Below, in pieces: positions 1 to 11,009 of a stretch of 18,876 bases of DNA. The DNA is from Paraspadella gotoi (taxonomy: Eukaryota > Animalia > Chaetognatha), in contig JBJCIZ010001541.1 of the NCBI GenBank assembly GCA_051294375.1, positions 1 through 18,876 of the forward strand. The letters run 5' to 3'. The translations under genes and the position numbers were made by a program. The notes beneath the pieces are model-generated. The model had not been told where the DNA came from. It saw only the letters and a program-made list of their open reading frames with translations, and made no database searches. Position 1 is the stretch's first letter. Each line of letters begins with the position of its first letter.

Positions 1-1770
1 TAGCTCCGACCACATTACATATAACTAAGCAATATCGCACAATTTTCTCACCTATCCTCTCCCTTCCTCCCATTGGCCCCCGCATCTCAACACAAGCGAG
101 CACCACTGTTACTCCTCCTCCTCCTCCTCCTCCTCTTCCCCTCCTCCTCACAAGGACACTAAAGGTTTCTAAAAAGGTCAACAAACGTAGTACTCCCACT
201 ATATTGGATTACACCCCTCGTAATTACTACTGAGTCAGCAGTGGACGTAGGGCAGGACCGAGATTGCTTCGCGCTGAAAGGATTCCTGGACGAGGCGCGG
301 TGGAAGGACGCGCGGCTGTTGCGGGAGTGAACGCCTTCGGACTGGATCCGAGATGTTCAACGTCCGATGCAAGAGGTGGACAAGGGGGTCAGTTTGTCGT
401 TTATCGGTCTTGTCTGTTGATCTGTTGGCTTGTCGCTTTCAAATATTATTCTTTTGCTTATGGCACTAGTGTTTTTTTTTTTTTAAAAATCACATTCTAA
501 AGGTGTAAATGACAAATTTCTTCTCCTTCTTTTTTTTTTTAGGCCTTCACCTTGCACCAAACGGTCGCATTGGAAATTATCTACTGTTAGCTCCTGCATA
601 TTCTCTGACTCTGCTCCTGTCACATTCGACGTAGCGAGCGAACCTTTGCTACATCTGCCTGACGGCGGTCAGGCGAGAGTTCAAGAAAAGAGTTGCTGTT
701 TGACATTTCCGTTGCTTCGCTAGGACTCTTCATCATCCTTTTACATTTTATCATCTCGTTTGGACACGAGAAGGTCAAATGAAACGTAACGATCGACTTA
801 TGGAGAAAAACGGGATAAAAATGTCCGATCAAATAATCAGTCGAGCCTATCGGCCCTACTCCCCTTTAACTCACGACGCGGGGAATATCCTGAAAAAACT
901 CCAAATGGGCAACTGTACAATTCACCAAGCTGCTTTCTTATTATTTCTTGGCTTGGCTTTGTTTCCTTTTTTCAATTGTACGGACGTAGCTTGTCGAGCC
1001 TCGCCGCCGGCAGAGCTTACAAAGCCTACGGTCCATTTCGGTTTTCTCGTGATCCTTGTCTCACTGGCGACCTGCTTGGCGTATCGATGGAAGCCGAGCG
1101 TCGAATCGCGTCGAAGGTTAATCCGAGATTTCGTTTCTTTCTGCCATTGGAATGGAAACGTCTCGAGGCTGAATCCTTTTCGCTCTGGAATACGTTCACG
1201 AAAACATATTTTCTTTCGTGATGGCCAGAGAAAATTATTCGTTCTCTCGCTCTCTCTCTTTTTTCTCCTCCTCAATCTACTTTATCTTTTTCATTGACGA
1301 CAATTTTTCCAAAACGGACGAATATTCTCGGCAAAGTTTCTTACGTCGTCTCGTCTTTCGTCAAGTTGTCTCGTTGCCTCTGGAGTCATTTGTTTTTCGC
1401 CCCGCGGCAACGGAGAGGGCGTTGCCTCGTACTTCTCCGATCGACTACGAAATTGGCCGAATTCTCTTGGACACCGCGTCCTCGTTCGAGGCATCACTCG
1501 CCCTTCTTCACCGAGATCCTTCGGTTTGAGCGGGGTGCTCGCCGAGTGTCTCGCCCGACCGCCTTGAGGACGACCAGTTTCCAAATCGGCTATATTTATC
1601 AGTTCGGTCACGAGTATGAAGACGATTCCTGTATCACGCGAGTCTCGTGAAAAACTTTACGCTCAACGCTGATTATAACAATCGAGAAAACGAGTTTATC
1701 TATGTTCAAGTCTTCGTCGTTCTCTTACCTTCTGTGGCGGTTTTGTTTTTTGAAATCCTAAAGTCTACAA
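1..1770 (+). pseudogene. Frameshifted coding region for a probable multi-pass membrane protein; family not recognised; pseudogene or sequence error
   Basis: GC-richer than the following DNA. Hydrophobic segments recur in shifting + frames: FVVYRSCLLICWLVAFKYY, ISVASLGLFIILLHFIISF, AAFLLFLGLALFPFF, FGFLVILVSLATCLAY, LFVLSLSLFFLLLNLLYLF, FIYVQVFVVLLPSVAVLFF. A strong polypyrimidine-AG acceptor ends at 542. The longest ORF is 779-1297. Confidence 0.4.
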
Positions 1771-1925
1771 GAATTGAAAGCTTGCAGGGACCTGCTATAT
1801 CATATCTTGTAAGAGTGATGGAGGCCTTAAACCACCAAGCCTGTCAAAGTCAGGGGCAAGATAGCTTATTTATTAAATGATTGGATAATTTTATATTGGT
1901 TGTACCATTCATATGAAACGTATGT
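1770..1925 (+). repeat. Diverged dispersed repeat, copy 1 (related to 9340-9605)
   Basis: Shared blocks: aaagcttgcaggg (1777) vs aaagctttgcaggg (9347); tgctatat; agcttattta; tggataattttatattg (1882) vs tggataattttgatattg (9559); ttcatat. Confidence 0.6.
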
Positions 1926-2124
1926 TTAGAACTAAAATAAACTCATTAATTCGATACTACTTATATTGGTCGATGCCATTCTCTCCTCGACCAATCACGA
2001 TCCGATGATTCGAATTCTGGGATTTTATCCGAGCCTCCTGATTCGATTCTGTTCCGATTCTGATTTATATTTGATTTCCCTTTGGTGAGGTCGAGTCTCC
2101 TGCAATGATATTGTAAAAAAAACG

Positions 2125-2139
2125 ATAATAAATGTTATA

Positions 2140-2171
<32 letters not shown>

Positions 2172-2185
2172 TAATATAATAATAA

Positions 2186-2221
<36 letters not shown>
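2125..2221. repeat. (AAT)n microsatellite
   Basis: Directly visible imperfect AAT run. Confidence 0.95.
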
Positions 2222-2222
<1 letters not shown>

Positions 2223-2470
2223 TTCACAAAGGAAATTTTTATCGGAAACTCTTCTTGGTTGAGAACAATTGCCTAATTTTAACAATTTCATAATTTGATC
2301 CTAACATCTTACGCAAGCGCCAAAAAAAAAAATTAGCACCTATTTCAGTATACGGCGATATTGTAGATTATTGTTTAAAAAATTTTTAATGTAATTAAAA
2401 AATACGTACCTGAATATACTGGCTTTTACTTTAAATGAACGTCCACACTACCAAGATAATAATCGAAAAA

Positions 2471-2474
<4 letters not shown>

Positions 2475-2547
<73 letters not shown>

Positions 2548-2867
2548 TTGGGTAAATATGGAAAGGTTAGGTTTTAGATACGGTGGAGGTTAGGCAAGGT
2601 CATGTTTGACAAAAAATGTGTCAGGTTTTTCTTTTTTCAAGTCGACTTCGAAAAAGAAGGATTATGGGTCACGAAAGACGATGGCCCAAAATTTCGGGGG
2701 TCAGCTTGAGGTCATTTTGAAGTCATAAAGGTCATGGACGTGAGGGTCGTCCCGCGGAATCATCTTCAGGTCATCAAAGGTCAAAATAGGACGTGAAAGT
2801 CTTAACATCTCTCCGTTTGTCTTCATCAACGTCTCGCCTTTACTTTAGAGAGAGAGAGAAGAGAGAG

Positions 2868-2908
<41 letters not shown>

Positions 2909-2931
2909 AGAGAGAGAAGAGAGAGATAGAG
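2475..2931. repeat. Two (GA)n microsatellites (2475-2543, 2828-2931) flanking a ~285-bp ggtca/ggttag-rich segment
   Basis: Directly visible. The internal segment repeats aggtca and ggttagg motifs. Confidence 0.85.
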
Positions 2932-2995
2932 AAATTTCGTTCAGGCTATCAAACCGATTTCAGGATTTTTTACTTTTTGACATTTTAAAGCCATC

Positions 2996-3067
2996 GGTCT
3001 CGTGGCCCAATGGATAAGGCATTGGCCTCCTAAGCCAAGGATGTGGGTTCGAGTCCCACCGGGGGTA
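2996..3067 (+). tRNA. tRNA-Arg, anticodon CCT (weak acceptor stem; possibly a pseudogene)
   Basis: D arm GCCCAATGGATAAGGC; anticodon stem TTGGC/GCCAA with loop CT-CCT-AA (3027-3033); T arm GTGGG-TTCGAGT-CCCAC; acceptor GGTCTCG/CGGGGGT; discriminator A3067. Closely resembles animal tRNA-Arg(CCT). Confidence 0.9.
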
Positions 3068-3487
3068 TCTCTTTCTTTACAATATTAACGAAAAATTTAA
3101 ATTATTCTAATCTTATATTAAATAATAAGAAAATTAAATAATTATTAATCAAATATAATAAGTTATTCTAATGTTCGGGATTTTCGCGAACTTTCCATTC
3201 AAATATATTTTAAATCAGTACATATTGAAAATGAATTGAGTAAATCTTTTTTTTCTGCGCGGAAGTTTTGAACACTACTACTACTACTATAAATTAATTT
3301 TTATGCCAAGGTAGTTACCGTAAGTAATGTAGTTCAGCTCAGGAAATTATTATCTAATTATCGACGTTCGTTGACACAGAGCTTTTTTTTTAAATCTCTC
3401 TCCTCTCTCTATCTCTCTCTCTGACCTCATGGGCACATTAAATTGCGCCCCGGTTTAGTCTATTCATGTTCATGTTTGTTTGTTTTT

Positions 3488-3518
<31 letters not shown>

Positions 3519-3793
3519 TCTCCTCAAACAATTGTGACCGGTGTCCATCAGCGTTAAGACGCGACGACGCGACGACGACGACGACGTTACTAGCTTCCAA
3601 ATGTTGTCAGCAAATCTTAGCGTCGGCCGATGGAACCAGTTGTTTCAAAATTTTGTCAATGAACAACCTCGTGTGTGTTTTTTTTTTTTTCTATATACCA
3701 AATTAAGGAACAGAATTTTTAAAAAAAATATTATTTAAGAAAAAACTAAATAAAAGATCAAAATATATCCGTAAATTAAAAAAAAAATCTTAG

Positions 3794-5656
3794 GATATCC
3801 TCCAACGTGGAAATGTTCCCGTTGAGAAATCAATCGGGCGCAGAACTAAATTCGAAATTATCTTCGCGGAAAAGTAACGAATCACATCAAACGACACGTT
3901 TTTGGAAAGAAAATCCGCACGCTGGCGATGCACGCGCCGAAGAGTTTCTCGGGAGCGTGGGAATTTCAACCGCGGCATATACTAAAAACATGCCGAGCCA
4001 ACCGCTGACTGTTCTGAGTCGACGAATAATTCGAAAGAAAGTGAGACGGGCCTTTCACGAAACGACTCATCAACGGGCGAGCCTCATGATGCGACGTCTG
4101 TCAAAAGTCATATTACTTACGAAACTACTTTATAAAGCATTGCTCTCTCATTCCGAAGCGAAGGAAAACTCTCACGCTCATTCGAAGGACAATCGGTTAA
4201 TTTGCGAAACTTGTCAAAAACATTTTACACATTTGGATTCTTCTGAAAGAGCATCTAACAATCATACAAATGAAAAACGGCAATAAGTGAACGTCTGACA
4301 AAAGTCCTTTCATAAACAGTCTTATTTTGAAGATGCATCTCCATTACATGAGTCGAAGAAACTCTACAATTGCGAGACATGCAATAAATGTTTTCAAGCG
4401 GGGAGCGTCTAGAAAACATCAGACAACTCATTCCAACCATAAAGCTTTCAAAGCGCGAATATGTGTCTCAAGTCTTTCCAACATTTCATTCTCAGCCAGC
4501 ATCTTAAAGTGCATACAAAAATAAAAGAAAAATATCATGTGAAGTTTTGTCAGAAGTGTTTTCAAGCAAGCAAGCCTTTGATTTGTCACCTTCAATCTCA
4601 GCGGAGAAAAACCATATCATTGTGATGTTTGTACAAACGCTTTTCGCACGCAATAATCTTAAGAGGGCACAAACGAACTCGCACAAACGTAAACCATATA
4701 AGTGCGAAATTTGTCAAAAGAGTTTTAATATCGGGAAATCTAAAGACGCATAAAAAATCATTCAACCGAGCGACCGTACAAATGTGAACTTTGCCCAAAG
4801 GTTTTAATCGAGCGTTCAGCCTCAAGATTCATCTCCAAACTCACTCAACGGAAAAAAACCGTATAAATGTGAATTTGTGAAAAGTTTTTCTCAAGCGAAA
4901 CTTCTAAAGTTACACCTTCGAACTCACACTGGGAGAACCATACAAGTGCGATTATTGTCAAAAGATGCTTTAGACCAAATACCTCACCTGAAGAAACATC
5001 TTCAAACTCATAACAAAAAGAGCAAAGCCATATCAATGTACACGTTGTGTCAATCGAAGTTTTATCAGCGGGCCAATCACTCAAAGTACAATTTGCAAAC
5101 TCATTACAGACCGAAAAAACATATACAATGTGAACTTTTTTCAAAGGCTTTTCAGCTTAGAATACTTTTTTAACAGCACCGACATTCATATCAGCATAAT
5201 TAATACGTCACATAAGTGTGAGTTTTTTTGTCAGAAGTCTTTTTCTCGAAAGTCGCATTTGAAGACTCATCTCCTTACCCATTCGGCAGAAAAGCCGCAC
5301 AAGTGTGATAAATGTCATAAATGCTTATTCCTCCTCTGGATCTTCTAAAGCCTTCATCTACGGACTCATAGTAATGAGAGACCATACAAGTGTGATACAT
5401 GCCCGAGAAGTTTTTACGCATCTTCAGATCTGAAGAAACATCTCGGAACTCATACAAAGGAGAAACATCGATGCGAAATTTTGTAAGAGGTCAATTTTTA
5501 AAAAATTGCTCACAACTGAACTCTCATCAAAAAAACTCACGTCAAAATGTACAATATCCAATAGTGTGAAAATATGTCCGAAGGTTTTCTTCAAGTGAGC
5601 ATTGCGTTAAGCGTCATCGCCAAATACATGTCAAAGGCGGGAATGAAAAAATATAA
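3794..5656 (+). pseudogene. C2H2 zinc-finger gene ZNF-1: degenerate lead finger, spacer, then about 18 tandem fingers; many frameshifts
   Basis: CxxC starts recur about every 84 nt from ~4090 to ~5565 (e.g. KPYKCEICQKSF at ~4691; SFSRKSHLKTHLLTHSAEKPHKCDKCHK at ~5238-5320). Acceptor-like tttag at 3789-3793. TAA at 5654-5656. Confidence 0.9.
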
Positions 5657-5694
5657 AACAAGTTTGAGCAAACAATGTCGGATCTGCCTACGAT

Positions 5695-5790
5695 ATTAAT
5701 TAATTAAATTGATTAATTAATTAATTAATTAATAGATTAATTAATTAATTAATAGATTAATAATTAATTAATTAATAGATTAATTATAAT
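5695..5790. repeat. (TTAA)n-type microsatellite; a second tract lies at ~7778-7852
   Basis: Directly visible. Confidence 0.9.
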
Positions 5791-6196
5791 TTATATTCAG
5801 CTTGTCATCATCGATGTCCTTAAAATTGAGTCAGGACAGTTATTAATGTTTTATTTACATTTTTCAAAACAAACAAATTCCTCTATTATCGAGCCAGGCG
5901 GGCAAAGCCCGTCCTGTCTCGATTTTTTTCGGTTTAGCTTTCGGTCTCGCTTTTTTGCAATCATGGCTTCTGAAAGTGGATGTATCATAGGGAGTGTGAA
6001 TTTTCATATATGGCTTCTAATCATCAAGATCTTTAAATTCTCATGTTTCATATCAATATTGTTATTTGTTTATGTTTTATTTACAAACAAAAACGTTTAA
6101 TTATATGTCGCTCTCTCTCTCTCTCTTTTTCTCCGTCACTGCTTCTTCTAAAAACGAGGGGGGGCGAGTTCCGGCTCTTGCACGGTCTGTCCAGCT

Positions 6197-6237
<41 letters not shown>

Positions 6238-6280
6238 TTTACAAAAATTTTTTTTAGATATAATGTGGGTTCACTAATGT

Positions 6281-6362
6281 AAAAAACGAATGCCACGAAC
6301 AGGGCGCGAACCGGGTCCTTTGGGTAGAGAATAGCTCACGCTACGTTGCGGCGCCATAAGTA
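6281..6362 (-). promoter_or_regulatory. Degenerate tRNA-derived Pol III A/B-box module inside the nested element
   Basis: On -: TGGCGCCGCAACGTAGCG ... GGTTCGCGCCC ... TTTTTT, at tRNA-like spacing. No convincing cloverleaf. Confidence 0.4.
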
Positions 6363-6694
6363 CTGCTGATTCTTTAACGAGTAAAGGGGCTGTAGGCTTC
6401 TCTCTCTCTCTCTCTTTTATACTTATTATATATCGTTTCTTTCTCTTTCTCTTTTTCTCTGCAGCGGCTGTCTCTCTCTCTCTCTCTTTTTCTCTCTCTC
6501 TCTCTGTCTCTCTGTTCTCTCTGTGCTCTGTCCCTATCTGTCCGATCTTTTTGCCGTGAATCGTTGTTTTTTGAAAAATTCCGATTATTTTTTTCCTTCT
6601 AAAAACTTTTTTATTATTGCCATTTATATCCGCGCTTTTTTCAATACAAAACCATTTTTCATCCGAGATTTCGTGGGATTTATCTCTTTCTTTC

Positions 6695-6726
<32 letters not shown>

Positions 6727-6737
6727 TTCTTTCTCTC

Positions 6738-6785
<48 letters not shown>

Positions 6786-6810
6786 ACTCATACACGCATT
6801 TGTTTGTTTT

Positions 6811-7022
6811 ATTGACTATCATCTGCATCATGAATGACAATCATCGCATCAATGGAATGACAATCATCGCATCACTGAATGACTATCATCACAGCAGTGA
6901 ATGACTAATCATCGCATCAATAATTGATTATCATCGAATCAATAATCAATTCTATTACATCAATAAATTACTATTACATCAATCAATTAGTATTACCTCA
7001 ATCATTACTTAGTACATCAACA
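6811..7022. repeat. Minisatellite: ~22-bp unit (atgacaatcatcgcatcaatga) grading into a ~19-bp unit (attactattacatcaatca)
   Basis: About six plus four imperfect tandem units are visible. Confidence 0.85.
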
Positions 7023-7339
7023 ATTCGTTTTATCGCATGATTCATTCGTTTTTTTCCCGGTTTTTTTCATTAATTTTCTATGATAGTGGCTCTGGCTCGA
7101 TCTTGAGTCTTTTAAGATTTTTTTATTTTATGTCTCCTTCTGCTCTCTCTCGTCTCTCACCTCTCTCTCTCACTCTCTCTCTCTCTCACTCTCTCTTCTC
7201 TCTCTCTCTCTCTCTCTCCTTTTTATGCAATACGACGATCCTTATGCTTTTATAGATTTTTTTAACTTGCATCATTTTTCAACTTGCATAATTTTTTTCA
7301 AAACTTGCATTCCGTCAAAACTTTATATCTAGCTCTTCA

Positions 7340-8230
7340 CTCACTTTCCTACCGGCTCACAAAATTCATTCTCAATCTATCATGGGTTAAAATAAATAAA
7401 AAGATTCAAGTAAATGTGACTCATATTTTTTTCCATTTAAACTCATTTCCACTGGTACGTTTCCACTGAAACTAATATCAAGCTTCGTCATACGTTTTCC
7501 TACCCCACACACAAAATTTCAACTCAATCTATCCATCCAATTAATGATTAATTGGAGTATTTATTGGTTAAAATAAAGTAAAAAAGATTTTAGTAAATTC
7601 GACTTATGTTTTTTTCCATTTAAAACTAATTTCCACTCATACGATCCATCGAAATTTATTATCCAGCTTTATCACACACTTTCCTACCCACACACAAAAT
7701 TTAATTCCAATCCAACCAGCCAATCACGAGTTATTGGAGCTTTTGCTAAGAAGATGGGGACGGATGTGACGGATTTGATTGACTAATTAATTAATTATTG
7801 ATTAATTTATTTACTAATTGATTAATTAACTGATTAATATATTGATTTATTAATACATCCTGCAGATACATTTTAATATAAAAGGAAAAAGAAGCATAAT
7901 CAATTAGTAAAACAGGTTTTTTGTTTTTTCCATTTAAACTCATTTCCACTCAAACTATTCCATCGAAACTTGATTTTCCTGTTCAATCACACACTTTCCT
8001 ACCCACATACAAAATTCCAGGTCAATCAGCCCATTCCACTCATGAGCAATTTGTGGTTTCAAATAGTGAATATATTTTTTTTTTTTTTCCATTTAAACTC
8101 ATTTCCACTCGGACGATTCCATCGAAACTTAATAATCCAGCTCAATCACACACTTACCTATCCACACACAAAAATTTCATTTTAAATCCATCCATCCAAT
8201 CACGAGTAATTGGTGTTTTTTGCTAAGGTG
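7340..8230. repeat. ~150-180-bp internal repeats (four near-complete copies plus one partial)
   Basis: The unit ttttttccatttaaactcatttccact...cacactttcctacccacacacaaaattt starts at ~7426, ~7609, ~7924 and ~8083. The 2nd and 4th copies both end in ttttgctaag followed by GGAC-type sequence. Confidence 0.9.
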
Positions 8231-8349
8231 GGACGGACGGACGGACGGACGGACGGACGGACGGACGGCGATGGACGGACGGACGGACGGACGGAACGGA
8301 CGGACGGACGGACGGACGGACGGACGGACAGACAGACGGACGGACGGAC
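8231..8349. repeat. (GGAC)n microsatellite
   Basis: Directly visible. GTCC/GTCT tracts are a known component of DINE-1/HINE elements. Confidence 0.95.
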
Positions 8350-9339
8350 ATCATTTTTTTTGCATAATTATATCATAATTCGATGTTTCTGACATGATAT
8401 AAGTGTGTGCCCGACAATATTGAGGGGGCGGACCGACGGACCGAAAAAGTGAGTTATAAAAAGTGAGTTATAGAGTCGGATCTGCTGATAAGCAGATCCG
8501 ACTAAAAATTAATATTTTTTTTTCAAGACCGTTTCCCAAACTCTAAAACACTTTTTTTGAGGAATTTTGATATGATGAAAAGGCTAATGTGGTTGAAAAC
8601 TTTTAAAATATCATACGAACAATTCAAATAATTCAAATAAGCTTTAAAATAGATCAAAATGCAGTCCAGATTCAAAAAAAGCTGAGCTTCTGGCGATTCA
8701 GCAAATGTATTTCTTTAATCATTTCATGCTTTCTACGCCATTTTATGTGGGTTAAATTATAACATAAAACAAATAAAACCTATCGAAAGAGTTGGAGATC
8801 AAACGGAAAAGCCAATCCATCTGATATTTTTCGTGAATATTTATTAGGGAATTAAAAAAAATTAGTAAAAAATTTCAACTACATCCTTGACAAACAAACT
8901 GTTTTTTAGACTTTGAACCTAAATTCCTCCTAACTGGAATGCTTTTATCAAAATGTGTTTCTATATTTTTTGTATTAATACCAAAAACAGTATTGACAAA
9001 TCAGAAGCAGTTTCTATTACATTTTCACAAATGTTTTTTAAGATTCCTAAACAAATTTTTTGTAACGAAATTCTTGCAGTCGTTTAGGCTGCAACTTTTT
9101 TTGTTCATTGTAACTATTAACTTTTTTTACCATCAAACAAATGATTTTTAGAAAAAAAATCATAGTTTAGTTTTTTAAATGTACTTTTAGCATTTCTGAG
9201 AGCAATGACTATTTTTAGCTTGTTTCGAATTTTCATGAAAAATATATACCCAGACGATATAATTGGTCCCACTTTATTCAAAGTACTAATATTTTCATTG
9301 ATAGGGAAGCAAGGTGCTCTGGAAGTTGAATAACGAGTC

Positions 9340-9604
9340 TTTATTAAAAGCTTTGCAGGGTAAATGCTATATTATTGTAGTGAATAAGGCGACAAGCGGC
9401 TGAATACTATTACCCCTAACTACTAAGCTGCGTCGGCAGCCATGGAACGGGTCCTGGCTTGGAAGCAGGTACCTAGTGGTTCATGAGCAAATGAGCCAAT
9501 GAGCCACCGGGTCAAGATGCAACGCCCAAAGTGAGAGCTTATTTACGTATTTAAAGAATGGATAATTTTGATATTGACTGCCAATTTCATATACGAAATA
9601 GGTA

Positions 9605-9605
<1 letters not shown>
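9340..9605 (+). repeat. Diverged dispersed repeat, copy 2 (longer middle than 1770-1925)
   Basis: Same end blocks as 1770-1925. Confidence 0.6.
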
Positions 9606-9607
<2 letters not shown>

Positions 9608-9669
<62 letters not shown>

Positions 9670-9830
9670 AGAGAGAGAGAGATAGAGAGAGAGAGAGCGA
9701 GAAGAGCGCCAGATAATATCGCGACTTCTCGATAAGAATTTACTATTGACTTTATTTGACCACGAGAATAAACCAGAACAAGAAAATGACCCTCAGTCTT
9801 AACTCTAACTCTATCTATCTATCTAATCTA

Positions 9831-9862
<32 letters not shown>

Positions 9863-10048
9863 CAAACCGATTATGGCCACCTGTCTACAGCCGATGAAGC
9901 CTTTTCCACGCCGTCGACGACGACGACGACGATGACGACGATAGATGATGACATGACAAACGACGACGACGACGACGACGACGACAATGGCGATGGCGTT
10001 GGCTTCACTCCATTGTTTTCCCAACCTTTCGTTAAACTTTGTGATAAT

Positions 10049-10092
<44 letters not shown>
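9608..10092. repeat. Compound microsatellite region: (GA)n, (CTAT)n/(CT)n, (GAC)n, (CT)n
   Basis: Directly visible. Confidence 0.9.
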
Positions 10093-10096
<4 letters not shown>

Positions 10097-10497
10097 TACA
10101 AAGAAAACATTAACGCAACAACTTCGTGTTCATTGTCTCTCCCGATATCGAAAAATATAAATTGACTTGGAATTTTGTCAACAAATACTCTTCGCATTAG
10201 CAATTGTCATCTTTTTAATAGTAAACTCCCCCTTTTCTTTTAAAACTAAAATTTGGGGTTGTACGTTCGATTAGACATTTCTTAATACATACGGGCAAGG
10301 TATTTTGAAATGTGCAATTATAAAAAAAACAACTATTAATTAAAAACGCCAAAAGACCACTTTTTTTTTAGTTTAAACGTCAATTGCGAATTAACATACT
10401 TAAAAAAAATTGATAATTAAGTCAATTATAACGTAAAAATCGTCTCCAATTAACAAATAACTAAATCAAAGAATCTCCTCAACACACACTAAAAGAT

Positions 10498-10641
10498 ATG
10501 GCGCACACTTGCGACGTATGCGGCGAAGATTTCTCTAGCGTGGATATTTTATCACGACATCTCCTGGACCACGTCACGGAAGTGGACGAAATTCTTTGCT
10601 TAATGGGTTAAAGATTGCAAAAAAACTAATTAAATATAATA
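10498..10641 (+). pseudogene. 5' part of a ZNF gene: single lead C2H2 finger plus half spacer, cut by the transposon terminus
   Basis: ATG at 10498 gives MAHTCDVCGEDFSSVDILSRHLLDHVTEVDE..., a canonical CxxC-x12-HxxxH. It is below the size cutoff of the supplied ORF track. Confidence 0.85.
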
Positions 10642-11009
10642 GGGGGCCGGAGCTTACACTTTATTTCATCGATTAAGAGTTTTTTGGCGTTCAGTCGGCA
10701 TTTAAACCACGTAGGAGACTAATTACAGCAAGTTTAAATATAAAATGGTGCTATGATATAAACACAATTAGTTGCGCAAGCCAAAAACTTTTCTCGAATA
10801 TGCAAATTAGGTTGTCATAAGTAAAATCACATATTTTTTCAATAGTCAGATTTTTAAAAATATTTTATTGCACTCAACTTTTTTTTATGCTATCTATCCT
10901 AAAATTGCTGGCTGTACAATTATCCATCCATATTTATACATTTTATTAATTCTCGACAAACGCTACATAAATAAAGAGGTAATAACTTGCACAAAATCAT
11001 AATTAAAAA

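Larger units (their letters stand above)
5886..7124 (+). mobile_element. Second HINE-like element nested in opposite orientation
   Basis: 5' hairpin ATCGAGCCAGGCGGGC-aaa-GCCCGTCCTGTCTCGAT (5888-5923). Inverted subterminal repeat CTGGCTCGAT (7092-7101), followed by hairpin ATCTTGAG-tct-TTTAAGAT (7100-7118) and a T run. TT at both ends. Confidence 0.7.
5655..8508 (-). mobile_element. Non-autonomous Helentron-associated (HINE/DINE-1-like) element, outer
   Basis: Perfect 13-bp stem AGTCGGATCTGCT-gata-AGCAGATCCGACT (8474-8503) beside an A run. Matching subterminal repeat GTCGGATCTGC at 5677-5687, next to a small hairpin GTTTG-ag-CAAAC (5662-5673) and AAAACAAG (CTTGTTTT on -). Internal (GGAC)n. 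14-bp tandem duplication at 8444-8471. Confidence 0.75.

Noticed and set aside
620-1730. Minus-strand coding (possible degraded transposase; GT-AG pair near 1728-1669)
   Set aside because: Only vague motifs. The plus strand has the longer ORF, consistent hydrophobic segments and a stronger acceptor.
2560-2600. ggttagg motifs (also 18810-18840) as telomeric repeats
   Set aside because: Scattered single motifs, not tandem arrays.
6811-7022. Short repeats as a CRISPR array
   Set aside because: The units are contiguous and degenerate with no unique spacers, there are no cas genes, and the context is eukaryotic.
8474-8503. Hairpin plus A/T run as a rho-independent terminator
   Set aside because: Eukaryotic context, and the matching subterminal copy at 5677 explains it as an element end.
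8510-9275. Possible non-autonomous DNA transposon fragment ending ggtcccacttta
   Set aside because: No partner terminus or target duplication was found in the window.
2025-10203. ORFs rich in ER, SL, Y/L, D or GRTD repeats (e.g. 2025-2291, 2793-3017, 6523-6904, 8210-8392, 9815-10203; likewise 14825-15413)
   Set aside because: These are translations of microsatellites.
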